Positions 1 through 10,180 of a stretch of DNA of 64,000 bases are shown in pieces. The translations under genes and the position numbers were made by a program. The notes beneath the pieces are model-generated. The model saw only the letters and a list, made by a program, of their open reading frames with translations. It was not told where the DNA came from and did not search any database. Location: contig CAWJBB010000040.1 of NCBI GenBank assembly GCA_963840855.1, positions 192,001 through 256,000 on the forward strand. Direction: 5' to 3'. Positions within the stretch are counted from its first letter, which is position 1, and every line of letters starts with the position of its first letter. Source of the DNA: an uncultured delta proteobacterium. GTDB taxonomy: Bacteria; Desulfobacterota; Binatia; UBA9968.

Positions 1-55
1 CTATGCCGAAACGCAAAAAGAGCTGGAAGCGATCCTGCGCGACGGCGGCAAGTAA
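1..55 (+). CDS. 3' end of an upstream gene (…YAETQKELEAILRDGGK*), probably the ABC substrate-binding protein
   Basis: Open frame from nt 2 to TAA at 53-55, directly upstream of an ABC permease; product inferred from context only. Confidence 0.45.
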   Translation, partial: YAETQKELEAILRDGGK

Positions 56-71
56 ATTAACCGCAAAGGGC

Positions 72-126
72 CTAGCGCGGCGCAGCCGCAACCAAGAACC
101 GGAAGATCTCGCGCAAAGGCGCAAAG
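72..126 (+). repeat. Dispersed REP-like element (CTAG + GCGGC-NNN-GCCGC hairpin + CGCAAAG units), copy 1
   Basis: 48/55 nt identical to the reverse complement of 31160-31214 (manual alignment). Confidence 0.8.
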
Positions 127-294
127 AACGCTTTAAGACCGAAGAGAATATTCCGAACCTCGTTCGTGGATACCTTGCGTGCTCTTGCGTGCGTGAGAAT
201 AATCCTAATCATCGTGGGTTGATTGCGCCATGATAATGCGCAGCCAGCTGAAAATTTGCGCGAACTACCAAATCTTTTAATTGTCGGAGTTTAG

Positions 295-2037
295 ATGAAA
301 CAAGAAACGCTGAGATTGCCGGCGATCTTTAGCGGAAGAAGCCACACCTCTTCCGCGCTGTTATCCGTGGCTTTGATTCCGATGGCGGTGATTTTCGTCC
401 TGGTCATGGTCATGTTTTGGATCAGCTTGCAGAAGGGTGCCTTCGGCACGCCCAGCGCCGCCTACACTCTAAGCAACTACGGCGCAGTGTTCAGCGATCC
501 GTTCGTCTACCGGGTAGTTACGAACACGCTCATTTTCACCATCACCGCGACTTTCATCGCGCTGCTTTTCGGTTTGCCCATCGCCTGGCTGGTCGAGAGA
601 ACGACCATAGCCGGAAAAACTTTGATCTACGCAATCATGACGTTGGGGCTGTTGATTCCCGGCATTTATACCGCCATGGGCTGGACCATGATCGCCCATC
701 CGCGCATCGGCATTCTGAACCGCTGGCTCGTGGACCTCTTCGAGCTTGCCGACGCGCCTATCAATATAGCAACTCCCATCGGCATGGGCTTCGTCCAAGG
801 ACTGAGTCTCTCGGCGCTGGCGTTCATCCTCACCGCGCAGATGTTTCGCGCCATGAATCCGACGCTCGAGGAAGCGGCGCGCGTCCACGGCATGGGTTAC
901 GGCAAGATCCTTCGGCGCGTGACGCTGCCGCTGGCCCGGCCGGGCATATTGGCGGCGGTGATTTACATTTTCACCATCGGCGTCGCCACTTTTGATATTC
1001 CCGCGATTCTGGGTCTGGGTAATCGCGTGTATATGCTCAGCACTTTTATCTATCTCAAGGTCCATCCACAGGGCGCGGGCCTGCCGGAATATGGGATCAC
1101 CGGCGTAGTGGGCGCGTTCATGATTATCGTTGCGGGCTTGCTGACCCTCTGGTATGGCCAGGTGCTGCGCCAGGGCCACCGCTTCGAGGTGGTGACCGGA
1201 AAGGGGTACAAGCCGGCTTTGATCCCGTTGGGCGGTTGGTCTGTAGCGGCGTGGAGTTTTATCGCCGGTTACGCGTTCGTCTCGAAGCTCTTGCCGCTCC
1301 TGTTGATCGCTTACGCGGCGCTGATGCCTTATTTCGTGCCGCCGTCGTTGGCCGCGATGAGCCAGCTGTCCCTCGCGCATTTTTACGGCATGGACTGGCA
1401 CCTCGTGCTGCGCGGTCTCGCCAACACGGCGATTCTGGTGACGGTGGTGCCGCTGGTGGTCTTGCTGCTGGCCTTTACCATCTCGTGGCTCATTGTTCGC
1501 TCCCGAAGCAAGCTGCGTTATGCGCTTGAGTTCGGCGCCTTTCTACCGCAGGCCCTGCCGGAGGTCATCCTTTCCATCGGCGCCTTGCTTTTGTCTCTCT
1601 TCGTTCTCGGCACCACGATTCCACTCTATGGTTCGGTATGGATTATCGCCATCGTCTACGTCGTCGCCCGCCTCGCTTTCGCCACTCGGGCGCTCAACGG
1701 CTCGCTGCTGCAGATCCATCGCGAGCTCGAAGAGGCCGCCTTCGTCGCCGGACTTTCCAACGCGCGCACCGCCTGGCGCGTGTTGTTTCCGCTGATCCGG
1801 CCAACGCTGTTCTCCGTCTGGATATGGTCCGCCCTGCTGGTTTATCGCGAGCTCACCGCCGCTGTATTTCTCGCGGTGCACGACAATATCACGCTGCCGG
1901 CGGTGGTCTGGAGCTACTGGTACGGCGGCAATATCAACAAGGCCTCCGCCGTCACGCTGCTCATGACCCTGGTGCTGACGCCGCTCATTCTCGCCGCCTG
2001 GTGGTGGGGCAGGCGCAGCCAGGTGTCGGTAAACTAA
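295..2037 (+). CDS. ABC transporter permease, FbpB/Fe3+-type with two fused TM domains
   Basis: 580 aa, hydrophobic, two EAA loops (LEEAARVHG, LEEAAFVAG). Confidence 0.9.
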   Translation: MKQETLRLPAIFSGRSHTSSALLSVALIPMAVIFVLVMVMFWISLQKGAFGTPSAAYTLSNYGAVFSDPFVYRVVTNTLIFTITATFIALLFGLPIAWLVERTTIAGKTLIYAIMTLGLLIPGIYTAMGWTMIAHPRIGILNRWLVDLFELADAPINIATPIGMGFVQGLSLSALAFILTAQMFRAMNPTLEEAARVHGMGYGKILRRVTLPLARPGILAAVIYIFTIGVATFDIPAILGLGNRVYMLSTFIYLKVHPQGAGLPEYGITGVVGAFMIIVAGLLTLWYGQVLRQGHRFEVVTGKGYKPALIPLGGWSVAAWSFIAGYAFVSKLLPLLLIAYAALMPYFVPPSLAAMSQLSLAHFYGMDWHLVLRGLANTAILVTVVPLVVLLLAFTISWLIVRSRSKLRYALEFGAFLPQALPEVILSIGALLLSLFVLGTTIPLYGSVWIIAIVYVVARLAFATRALNGSLLQIHRELEEAAFVAGLSNARTAWRVLFPLIRPTLFSVWIWSALLVYRELTAAVFLAVHDNITLPAVVWSYWYGGNINKASAVTLLMTLVLTPLILAAWWWGRRSQVSVN

Positions 2038-2067
2038 GCCGGGTAACAGAGCGGTGCACCGAAGGTA

Positions 2068-2727
2068 ATGGAACCACCGATGGACACGGAAAACCTTTTG
2101 CAAATTATCGAACACCGCCGCAGCGCCAGGATCTACAAGCGCGGTAAGGTCAGCGACGCTCAGCTCGAGACGATCTTGGAGGCGGCGCGCTGGGCGCCTT
2201 CCGGGGCCAACACGCAGCCTTGGGAGTTTGTCATCACCCGCGACCGCAAAAAAATGAAACGGGTACGCGAGATCTATGCAAACGAGTGGCGCCAGCGAAA
2301 AATGGAGGACCCCGTTCATTACAAGGGTATCAAGAAAGATTATGTGGGAGACGTTAGCGTGTTGGTGCTCGTTTGCGGCGATCCACGAACCAAACTAGTC
2401 TACTTGACAACCCGCCAACCCTCAGACCGCGAGAAGCTTTTTCAAGCGAGCATAGCGAATGCCGTGCAGCAGATGATGCTGGCCGCCGCCTCGATGAATC
2501 TCGGCACGGTCTGGGTTTCAGTGCGCGAAGAAGTGGAACCCGAGTTACGCGAGTTATTCAAAGTACCGAACGATCTGCGCCTGCTGTGGGTCGTCCCCAT
2601 CGGCCACGCCCGCAGTTGGCCGAAGGCAAAACGACGGCGCTCGGTTTCGAGCTTCACACACTACGAAACTTACGATACTAATAAGCTCAGACGCGAATCC
2701 GACATTCGCGCCTGGCCGAAGAGTTGA
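2068..2727 (+). CDS. Nitroreductase family protein
   Basis: RRSAR…ILEAARWAPSGANTQPWEF and AASMNLGTVW motifs. Confidence 0.9.
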   Translation: MEPPMDTENLLQIIEHRRSARIYKRGKVSDAQLETILEAARWAPSGANTQPWEFVITRDRKKMKRVREIYANEWRQRKMEDPVHYKGIKKDYVGDVSVLVLVCGDPRTKLVYLTTRQPSDREKLFQASIANAVQQMMLAAASMNLGTVWVSVREEVEPELRELFKVPNDLRLLWVVPIGHARSWPKAKRRRSVSSFTHYETYDTNKLRRESDIRAWPKS

Positions 2728-2733
2728 GACGTT

Positions 2734-4251
2734 TTACGAGGCGGTGATTTCGTACTGCTGGTGGGGCAGTTCCTGGCTCGCTTTGATGACGACGCGGCGG
2801 TTGATCTCGCGCTCCAGGTTTTCCAGGCTATTGTTTTTCTCGTCATAGAGAAAATTCGCCACGTCGGGATGTAGCCGCACGACGATATTTTTGCCGTCCT
2901 CCAGCGCCGCTTGCTGTCGTTTGATCGCGCGCAACACTTCATAGGCGACGGTCACCGCCGACTTGACGCGGCCTCGCCCTTCGCAGTGCGGACAGGGGCT
3001 GAGCATCTGGTTTTCCAAACTTTCCCGGGTGCGTTGCCTGGTCATCTCCACGAGCCCCAGCTCGGAGATTTTCAGAATATTGGTGCGCGCCTTGTCTTTT
3101 TTCAACGCTTCCCTGAGGGCGTCATAAACTTTCTTGCGGTTGGCCTCCTTTTCCATGTCGATGAAGTCGATGATGATGATGCCGCCCAGGTTTCTCAACC
3201 GGAGCTGGCGCACGACCTCGTGCACCGCGTCCATGTTGGTTCTGAGGATAGTCTCCTCCTGGTTGCGTTTGCCGACGAAACGGCCGGTATTGACGTCGAT
3301 GGCCGTGAGCGCTTCGGTTCGCTCGATGATGATATAGCCGCCGGAGCGGAGCCAGACCCGGCGATCCAGCGCCTTTTGGACCTTTTCTTCAACGCCGTGC
3401 CGGTCGAACAAGGGTTCTTTATCGCTATAAAGCTCGATCTTCGCTTTGAGGCGCGGCATGAACTGGCGCACGAAATCGACGACACGCCGGTAGTCTTTGG
3501 GCGAGTCAATGACCACCTGTTCTGTTTCGGTGCTGTAAAAATCGCGAATCGCCCTGGTAATCGAGTCGAGATCCTGGTGGATCAGTGCCGGCGCGGACGA
3601 CGTCTCAGCTCTCTTCTGAATCCTTTTCCATAGTATGATGAGAAAACGCAAATCCCGTTGAATCTCCCGCTTGCTGTGTCCTTCGCAGGCCGTGCGCAAT
3701 ATGAAACCGCCCTCCTCGGTGCGGAGCGATTGGGCGATTTCTTTGAGCCGCTTGCGTTCCTCCTCGCTCTCGATGCGCCGCGAGATGCCGATATGCTTGT
3801 TGCTGCCTGGAATAAAGACCATGTAACGGCCCGGCAGCGACACGTGCGAAGTGACACGGGCGCCTTTGGTACCCAGGGGATCTTTGGCGACTTGAACGAG
3901 AATGGCTTCACCGCCGGAAACTCTTTTTTCCAGTGGCAGGCGGCGCGACGGTGGTGGTGGTTTGGGGGGTTCGGTAAATTCCGCGTCTTCCCCGTTCGCC
4001 GCGATGATCTGAACGTCCCCAGGGATTTCGTAAAAATCAGATGCATGCAGAAAACCGGCCTTGTCCATGCCGATATCGACAAATGCCGCTTGCATGCCCG
4101 GCAACACGCGCGACACTTTGCCCTTGTAAATATTCCCGGCGATACCCATTTCCTCTTTGCGCTCGATGAGGAATTCGGCGAGAACCCCGTCCTCCATGAT
4201 CGCGATACGGCTTTCCTGAGGCGTGGAGCTAATTAGAATTTCTTGTTTCAT
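2734..4251 (-). CDS. rng: Ribonuclease G (Rne/Rng family)
   Basis: GNIYKGKVSRVLPGMQAAFVDIG S1 domain, TAIDVNTG, GGIIIIDFIDM, CPHCEGRG; no RNase E C-terminal tail. Confidence 0.93.
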   Translation of the reverse strand: MKQEILISSTPQESRIAIMEDGVLAEFLIERKEEMGIAGNIYKGKVSRVLPGMQAAFVDIGMDKAGFLHASDFYEIPGDVQIIAANGEDAEFTEPPKPPPPSRRLPLEKRVSGGEAILVQVAKDPLGTKGARVTSHVSLPGRYMVFIPGSNKHIGISRRIESEEERKRLKEIAQSLRTEEGGFILRTACEGHSKREIQRDLRFLIILWKRIQKRAETSSAPALIHQDLDSITRAIRDFYSTETEQVVIDSPKDYRRVVDFVRQFMPRLKAKIELYSDKEPLFDRHGVEEKVQKALDRRVWLRSGGYIIIERTEALTAIDVNTGRFVGKRNQEETILRTNMDAVHEVVRQLRLRNLGGIIIIDFIDMEKEANRKKVYDALREALKKDKARTNILKISELGLVEMTRQRTRESLENQMLSPCPHCEGRGRVKSAVTVAYEVLRAIKRQQAALEDGKNIVVRLHPDVANFLYDEKNNSLENLEREINRRVVIKASQELPHQQYEITAS

Positions 4252-4458
4252 AAATATGGAACGAACCAGCGCGCGCCCTGACGGCGGGTAGGTATGGCAA
4301 GAATTGGATCAAACGGCAATGGGTGATCAGATAAAGACCAGCAAGGGAGCCAAATTGTTTATAGAGTAAAACGGCTATGACTTCAAGTATAATTCCGTCG
4401 CGGCCCTTGAGTGGCCGTTCGGTCTAGACATTCCGGATTCGGGCGTAATTTACCGGCT

Positions 4459-4487
4459 TTGACAATCAAGGCTCCACTGGGTATTTT
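4459..4487 (+). promoter_or_regulatory. Putative sigma70 promoter of the HNH gene
   Basis: TTGACA, 17 bp, TATTTT. Confidence 0.6.
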
Positions 4488-4543
4488 AGATAAATTAGCC
4501 CTGGAATCAGCGGCTGCTCTAAGTATCTAAAAGAAGACCACCC

Positions 4544-5176
4544 ATGAGTTATCCGGCGACGGTCCCGACCTACTCCATTCTCAACACCAAGGTCTTAATC
4601 CTCAATCGCTCTTATCTGCCGATTCACGTCACCTCGGTTCGCCGGGCTTTCGTCTTACTATATCAGGGGATCGCCAAGGCGGTGAACGAACAGTACCAGA
4701 CCTTCGATTTCGACAGTTGGAGCGATCTGGCGGTAGCGGCGCATGACGAGTCGGTGGGCATGGTCAACCGCGTCATTCGCGTGCCGAGGGTAGTTTTGTT
4801 GGTGGGCTACGATCGAGTGCCCAAGCGCCAGGTGCGCTTCAGCCGCTACAACATTTACGCCCGCGACAAGTGCACTTGCCAATACTGCGCCCGCCGGTTG
4901 CCGCGCACCGAGCTAAACCTCGACCATGTTATTCCACGCTCCCAAGGCGGTACTTCGGTATGGGAAAACGTTGTTTGCTCCTGTCATGAATGCAACAGGC
5001 GCAAGGGGGGCAGAACGCCGCAGCAGGCCGGGATGGCACTGGCGCGAAATCCCATCAGGCCCAAATGGACGCCATTCATGCAGGAGACCTTCAGTCTATC
5101 CCGATACAAGGAATGGATGCCGTTTCTCAATACCATCGACGTCTCCTACTGGAACACGGAACTGTTAGAAAAATAG
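4544..5176 (+). CDS. HNH endonuclease family protein
   Basis: VLILNRSY N-terminus, RDKCTCQYC…LDHVIPRSQGG…WENVVCSCHECNRRKG. Confidence 0.9.
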   Translation: MSYPATVPTYSILNTKVLILNRSYLPIHVTSVRRAFVLLYQGIAKAVNEQYQTFDFDSWSDLAVAAHDESVGMVNRVIRVPRVVLLVGYDRVPKRQVRFSRYNIYARDKCTCQYCARRLPRTELNLDHVIPRSQGGTSVWENVVCSCHECNRRKGGRTPQQAGMALARNPIRPKWTPFMQETFSLSRYKEWMPFLNTIDVSYWNTELLEK

Positions 5177-5248
5177 CCATCCCCACACTTTGTGTTCCTA
5201 CATATAGTGGCGGCATTCCAGAAGCTCCACTCTATATTGTAATTTCGC

Positions 5249-5277
5249 TTGACAGGCACTACCCTCTGTGGAATAGT
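5249..5277 (+). promoter_or_regulatory. Putative sigma70 promoter of smc
   Basis: TTGACA, 17 bp, AATAGT, preceded by a TGn extended -10. Confidence 0.55.
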
Positions 5278-5326
5278 GTTTCCAACTTGCGAAAATCCCT
5301 GCTAAACTTTTCAAAAGAAATTAACT

Positions 5327-8300
5327 ATGCGCCTAAAACGCCTTGAAATGATTGGGTTTAAATCTTTTGCCCAAAAGACCGTGGTGGAGTTGACTCCCGG
5401 TATCACCGCGGTCGTGGGCCCCAACGGTTGCGGCAAGTCAAACATTGTCGATGCCTTGCGCTGGGCCATGGGGGAACAGAGCGCCCGCCACCTGCGCGGT
5501 CAGCACATGGAAGACGTCGTGTTCGGTGGCAGCGAAACCCTACCCCAGACCGGCATGGCGGAGGTTTCGATAGTCTTTGATAACGAAGAGGGTCGAGGAC
5601 CAACGGATTTTAGCAATTTCAGCGAGATCATGGTCACCCGCCGCCTGTTTCGTTCCGGTGAGTCGGAATATTCCATAAATAAGACCCCCTGCCGTTTGAA
5701 AGACGTGGTGGAGTTTTTCCTCGGAACCGGAATCGGCAGTAAAGCATACTCCATCGTCGAGCAGGGACGGGTGGACGAGCTCGTCAATTCCAAGGCCGAA
5801 GACCGCCGGCTGATCATCGAGGAAGCGGCGGGCACGAGCAAGTATAAGGGCCGAAAGCTCGTCGCCGAGCGCAAACTCGAACGCACGCAACAGAATTTAC
5901 TGCGCGTCACCGACATCGTGCGCGAGATCGAGCGGCAGATTCGCTCAATGGAGCTGCAAGCCAAAAAGGCCGAGCGCTACCGCGCCCTCAAAGCGGAATT
6001 AAAAGAAAAGGACCTGGCCTGCGCGGTCCTCCAGCGCAATGCTTTCAACGAGGAAATCACCGAACAAGAACGGTGCCTCGCGGACACAGAAGCGCGCCTC
6101 GCCGGACACTTGACGGCACTTCACTCGAAAGAAGCCGAAAGTGAAGCGGTGCGCCTCACCCTGTTGGAAGCCGACCGGGACATCGCCGCGCAGCAGGAAA
6201 ACGTTTACCAGAATAAATTCAAGATCCAAGCCCAGGAACAGACCATCGACTTCACCAGGAAAGATATCGCCCAACTCAATCAAAGCGAAATTGAAACGCG
6301 CGCCGCCCTCGCGCAACTGGAAGAAAAGTCAACGCACCTGGCCCAAGAGATCCGAGAGCTCGGCAAAGCCAAAGAAAGCTTTATTCAACTCTCGCTGTTC
6401 GAGCAGAATTTTCTAGACGATAAGGAACAGGAGCTGAAGGCTCTGGAAGAGAGCATGGGCGGGCTCGAGGCCGAGCTGGAACGGGAAAAGGAAGCGCTCA
6501 TCGAAGCGGCTAACCGAATCGCTTATTTGAAGAACGACGCCTTGGGGAAGGAAAAACGGCGCGGCGAAATCGAGCGCGATCTTGCGCGCGCCCGGGAAGA
6601 GCACGTCGTGGCCTCCGAGGAGTTGGCGCAGGCGCGCCACAAGGGCGGCGAGGCGAAGTCCGCCCTCGAGACTTCTCTCGACCAAACCCACGAGCGCGCC
6701 ATCGAAGCCGCCCAGGTGCACGCCACCGTGCAAAGCCTGGGCAAGGCCAAACAGGAACAGGAAACGAGAATCGCCGCGCGCAAGGGCCAGCTTCAAGAAA
6801 ACCGCTCGCGCCTACTGTCTCTCGAAGACTTACAGAAAAACTACGAGGGCTATCAAGATGGCGTCCGCGCAATCATGCTGAAGAAACAGCAGGCCGCCTC
6901 CCCCGATGGCATCTTCGGCCTGGTGGCTGAAGTCATCGAAGCGCCGGAGACCTATGAGAAGGCGCTCACTGCCGTCCTCGGCGACCGCCTGCAATATGTC
7001 ATCGTCAAAGGCCAGGAAGAAGGCGTCGAAGCCGTGGAGTATCTGAAACATCAGGCCTCAGGGCGCGGTAGTTTTATCCCCGTCCAGTTGTCGCGCAAAC
7101 AATCCAAGCTACTGCCGTTGGGCGAAGCCGAGGTTGTCGGCCCGCTGCTCGACTTGATTTCGGTCAAAGAAGGCTACCGAGACGTCGCCGAGTATTTGCT
7201 CAATGATGTCGTATTGGTCCAAGATCTTCACGCGGGCCTCGCGCTGTGGAGCCGCAACGGCTACTACACCACTCTGGTGACTCCAGACGGAGAAGTGATT
7301 GATCCGATGGGCATCGTTACCGGAGGCAGCCAGGCGCCGTTGGAAAGAAGCTTTCTCACGCAGCGCCGGCGCATCAGGGAACTGAGAGACGGTCTCGCCG
7401 AGCTCGAAACTCATTTGCACCACGAAGAGACAGAGCTCACCAAAGTAAAGCTGGCCCTCGAACAAGCTGAAACTCAAAAAGTTCAGCTCGCCTCGGAAAT
7501 ACATCGCCTGGAACTCGAGCGCGTGCGGCTGGAACACGAGCATCTGGCCGCCGAAGGCGACTCGGGTCGGCTGGCGATGACCGTCGATACGCTCGCTCAG
7601 GAAGAGCGTGATCTCAGCGCCGCACTGCAAACACTCAATGATGAAATTCACCAATGCCAGGCGAACAGCGTTGCCCTGGCGGAAGAGAAGGCAGGCCGGG
7701 AAACAACCCTCGCCGAGAAGCTGAGCACGGCTAGTGAGCTGAAAAGCGCGCTGGAAAGCCTGGGAGCCGCGGTCACGCAATCACGCATACGCCATGCGGC
7801 TTTGGCTGAGAAGCGCGACAATACGCATCGAAATCTGGAAGACCGGCTCAATCAACAAAGCGAAATCGCCGCACGGCTGGGCGCCTGCCAGGCGCAGTTC
7901 GACGACCTGCAGCGCCGCAAGGCCGAAATGGCGTGCGCGCTCGCGCAAGCGGTAAAAGATTGGGAAGCGGGACGTGCAGCGCTCAAGGACCTCGAAGAGA
8001 AACTCCAAGCCAGCCGGCAGCAGTATCGAACAATTTCCATGAATGTCGCCGAGCTGGAGGAATCGATCAAGGAGATCAGGCCCCTCGGTGAAGCCTGCCA
8101 GGAGGAGAAAAACCGCTTGCAGTTGGTCCTGGCCGAGAAGCGGCTCAACTACCAGCACCTCGCCGACACCATTCGCGAAAAATATGACACGGACTTATCC
8201 CAGTTGGCGGCGGATATCACCGACAATGTGCCGCTCCGGGACGAGCTGCGTGTTGAGATCGACGAGTTGCGCGGCCGGCTGGAGCGAATGGGCGAGGTCA

Positions 8301-8881
8301 ACCTGGCAGCCATCGGCGAATACGAGGAGCTGACAACCCGCTTTCAGTTCATGAGCCAACAAAAAGAAGACTTGGAGAAATCCATCGCCGACTTGCAGCA
8401 GACCATCGTGAAGCTCAACCGCGTCTGCCGGCTGCGCTTCAAGGAAAGTTTCGAAGCGATCAATGAAAAATTCGAAGCCGTATTCCCACGGCTTTTCCAC
8501 GGCGGCAAGGCGAAGCTGGTGCTGACCGATGAAAACGACTATCTGGAAACCGGCATCGACATCGTCGTGCAGCCCCCCGGCAAGAAACTGCAGTCCATCA
8601 CGTTGCTCTCGGGCGGCGAGAAGGCACTCACGGCTGTAAGCTTGCTGTTTGCGATTTTTTTGACCAAGCCGAGCCCGTTTTGTTTCTTAGACGAGGTAGA
8701 CGCGCCGCTGGACGACGCAAATCTCGAACGCTTCAATGACCTGGTTAGGGAAATGAGCGAACACTCGCAATTCGTCATCGTCACGCACAATAAAAAAACC
8801 ATGCAGGCCGCCGAAGTCCTTTACGGTATCACGATGGCGGAGCCCGGCGTATCCAAGGTGGTTTCCGTACGTATGAACTAG
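5327..8881 (+). CDS. smc: Chromosome segregation protein SMC
   Basis: GFKSF, Walker A GPNGCGKSN, coiled coils, hinge, LSGGEK signature, LDEVDAPLD. Confidence 0.97.
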   Translation: MRLKRLEMIGFKSFAQKTVVELTPGITAVVGPNGCGKSNIVDALRWAMGEQSARHLRGQHMEDVVFGGSETLPQTGMAEVSIVFDNEEGRGPTDFSNFSEIMVTRRLFRSGESEYSINKTPCRLKDVVEFFLGTGIGSKAYSIVEQGRVDELVNSKAEDRRLIIEEAAGTSKYKGRKLVAERKLERTQQNLLRVTDIVREIERQIRSMELQAKKAERYRALKAELKEKDLACAVLQRNAFNEEITEQERCLADTEARLAGHLTALHSKEAESEAVRLTLLEADRDIAAQQENVYQNKFKIQAQEQTIDFTRKDIAQLNQSEIETRAALAQLEEKSTHLAQEIRELGKAKESFIQLSLFEQNFLDDKEQELKALEESMGGLEAELEREKEALIEAANRIAYLKNDALGKEKRRGEIERDLARAREEHVVASEELAQARHKGGEAKSALETSLDQTHERAIEAAQVHATVQSLGKAKQEQETRIAARKGQLQENRSRLLSLEDLQKNYEGYQDGVRAIMLKKQQAASPDGIFGLVAEVIEAPETYEKALTAVLGDRLQYVIVKGQEEGVEAVEYLKHQASGRGSFIPVQLSRKQSKLLPLGEAEVVGPLLDLISVKEGYRDVAEYLLNDVVLVQDLHAGLALWSRNGYYTTLVTPDGEVIDPMGIVTGGSQAPLERSFLTQRRRIRELRDGLAELETHLHHEETELTKVKLALEQAETQKVQLASEIHRLELERVRLEHEHLAAEGDSGRLAMTVDTLAQEERDLSAALQTLNDEIHQCQANSVALAEEKAGRETTLAEKLSTASELKSALESLGAAVTQSRIRHAALAEKRDNTHRNLEDRLNQQSEIAARLGACQAQFDDLQRRKAEMACALAQAVKDWEAGRAALKDLEEKLQASRQQYRTISMNVAELEESIKEIRPLGEACQEEKNRLQLVLAEKRLNYQHLADTIREKYDTDLSQLAADITDNVPLRDELRVEIDELRGRLERMGEVNLAAIGEYEELTTRFQFMSQQKEDLEKSIADLQQTIVKLNRVCRLRFKESFEAINEKFEAVFPRLFHGGKAKLVLTDENDYLETGIDIVVQPPGKKLQSITLLSGGEKALTAVSLLFAIFLTKPSPFCFLDEVDAPLDDANLERFNDLVREMSEHSQFVIVTHNKKTMQAAEVLYGITMAEPGVSKVVSVRMN

Positions 8882-8890
8882 CCGTTCTGG

Positions 8891-8938
8891 TCGAGGATCG
8901 AAGATAGAGGATGGCGCTTTCCGTTCTCGATCCTTGAT
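8891..8938. repeat. Periodic palindromic repeat, 7-bp unit TCGAGGA plus its inverse
   Basis: TCGAGGA-TCGAAGA-TAGAGGA … TTCTCGA-TCCTTGA just after the smc stop. Confidence 0.6.
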
Positions 8939-8976
8939 GTTTCGCAAGATAGGCCTGAGCCTGGCTTTTTATCATT

Positions 8977-9003
8977 GTAGGGATGGTCGCGACCGTCCCC
9001 TAC
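8977..9003. repeat. GTAG-type REP palindrome
   Basis: GTAGGG-ATGGTC-GC-GACCGT-C-CCCTAC. Confidence 0.65.
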
Positions 9004-9114
9004 GTTTTCCACCGTCGCCCCATGCTTGTTCAAATGCCTGCCCACACTTTTTCGTTCTGTTAGATTGTTTAGGTTTAGATTGTTATTCGCGCAGTGATTC
9101 CTTAGACTCTGGCA

Positions 9115-10035
9115 ATGGCCAGTGGCACTTTTTTTCAAAGACTCAAGCAAGGCTTGACCAAAAGCCGGGAGGGCTGGGCGCAGAAGATCGGCGCTATTTT
9201 TCAAAATCGCCGTTGGGATGAGCAGGCCACCGAGGCCATGGAAGAGAGTTTGCTCGCGGCGGACGTCGGCGTCAAAGCCACTCAAAAGCTGATGGGCGCC
9301 CTGCGCAAACAATCACCCAGCGGCGAGCAGGACCCTGCGGGAGAGATGGCCGAGCGCTTGCACGAGGCGATGATTCAGATCCTCACGCCCAAGGCAGCGG
9401 CAACGCCGCCGCTATCGGCGCGGCCCTGGGTGATAGTTTTTCTCGGTGTCAACGGCGTCGGCAAGACCACCACTATAGGCAAAATGGCCGCGCAGTATCG
9501 GGAAGCTGGCAAGAAAGTACTGCTGGTGGCCGGCGATACCTTTCGCGCTGCCGCCATCGAGCAGCTCGAAGCCTGGGGGCAGCGGGCCGGCGTTGAAACC
9601 ATCAAGCACCGCGCCGGCGCCGATCCCTCCGCGGTGGTCTTCGACGGCATGCAAGCGGCAAAGAGCCGCGGCATCGACGTGTTGCTGATCGACACCGCGG
9701 GCCGCCTCCATACCAAGCTTCACTTGATCGAGGAATTAAAAAAAATCCGCCGCATCATCGCCCGCGAACAGTCCGACGCGCCCCACGAAACTCTGTTGGT
9801 GCTGGACGCCACCACCGGGCAAAACGGTTTGCAGCAGGCTCGGGTTTTCAAGGAAGCCACGGATATCAGTGGCATCGTGCTGACCAAGCTCGACGGCACG
9901 GCTAAGGGCGGCGTCATCATCGGCATTCAAGAAGAGCTAAGCGTCCCGGTGCGCTACATCGGCGTCGGCGAGGATATTGACGACCTTCAGCCCTTCGACC
10001 CCACCCGGTTTGTCCAGGCGCTCTTCGAGCGCTAG
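9115..10035 (+). CDS. ftsY: SRP receptor FtsY
   Basis: [32 protein letters not shown]; follows smc. Confidence 0.96.
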   Translation: MASGTFFQRLKQGLTKSREGWAQKIGAIFQNRRWDEQATEAMEESLLAADVGVKATQKLMGALRKQSPSGEQDPAGEMAERLHEAMIQILTPKAAATPPLSARPWVIVFLGVNGVGKTTTIGKMAAQYREAGKKVLLVAGDTFRAAAIEQLEAWGQRAGVETIKHRAGADPSAVVFDGMQAAKSRGIDVLLIDTAGRLHTKLHLIEELKKIRRIIAREQSDAPHETLLVLDATTGQNGLQQARVFKEATDISGIVLTKLDGTAKGGVIIGIQEELSVPVRYIGVGEDIDDLQPFDPTRFVQALFER

Positions 10036-10048
10036 CCACCGCGTGGCG

Positions 10049-10180
10049 GTTCAACGTTCCACGTTCAAGGTTCAAGGCTTGCCGTTCAACGTTCAATGTT
10101 CAAAGTTCACGGCTGGAACGATCTTGAACTCTTGAACCTGAACCTTGAACCTGCCGAACATTTAACCTTGAACTTTGAAC
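10049..10180. repeat. GTTCAAN heptamer palindromic repeat
   Basis: Run of GTTCAA(C/G/T/A) units then (C/T)TTGAAC units between convergent ftsY and MFS genes. Confidence 0.85.

Noticed and set aside
3-233. 76-aa ORF
   Set aside because: It overlaps the end of the upstream gene in another frame and then reads through a repeat element
4544-5176. HNH gene as a defence or mobile element
   Set aside because: Common stand-alone family among housekeeping genes, with no methylase, ATPase, RT or element ends nearby
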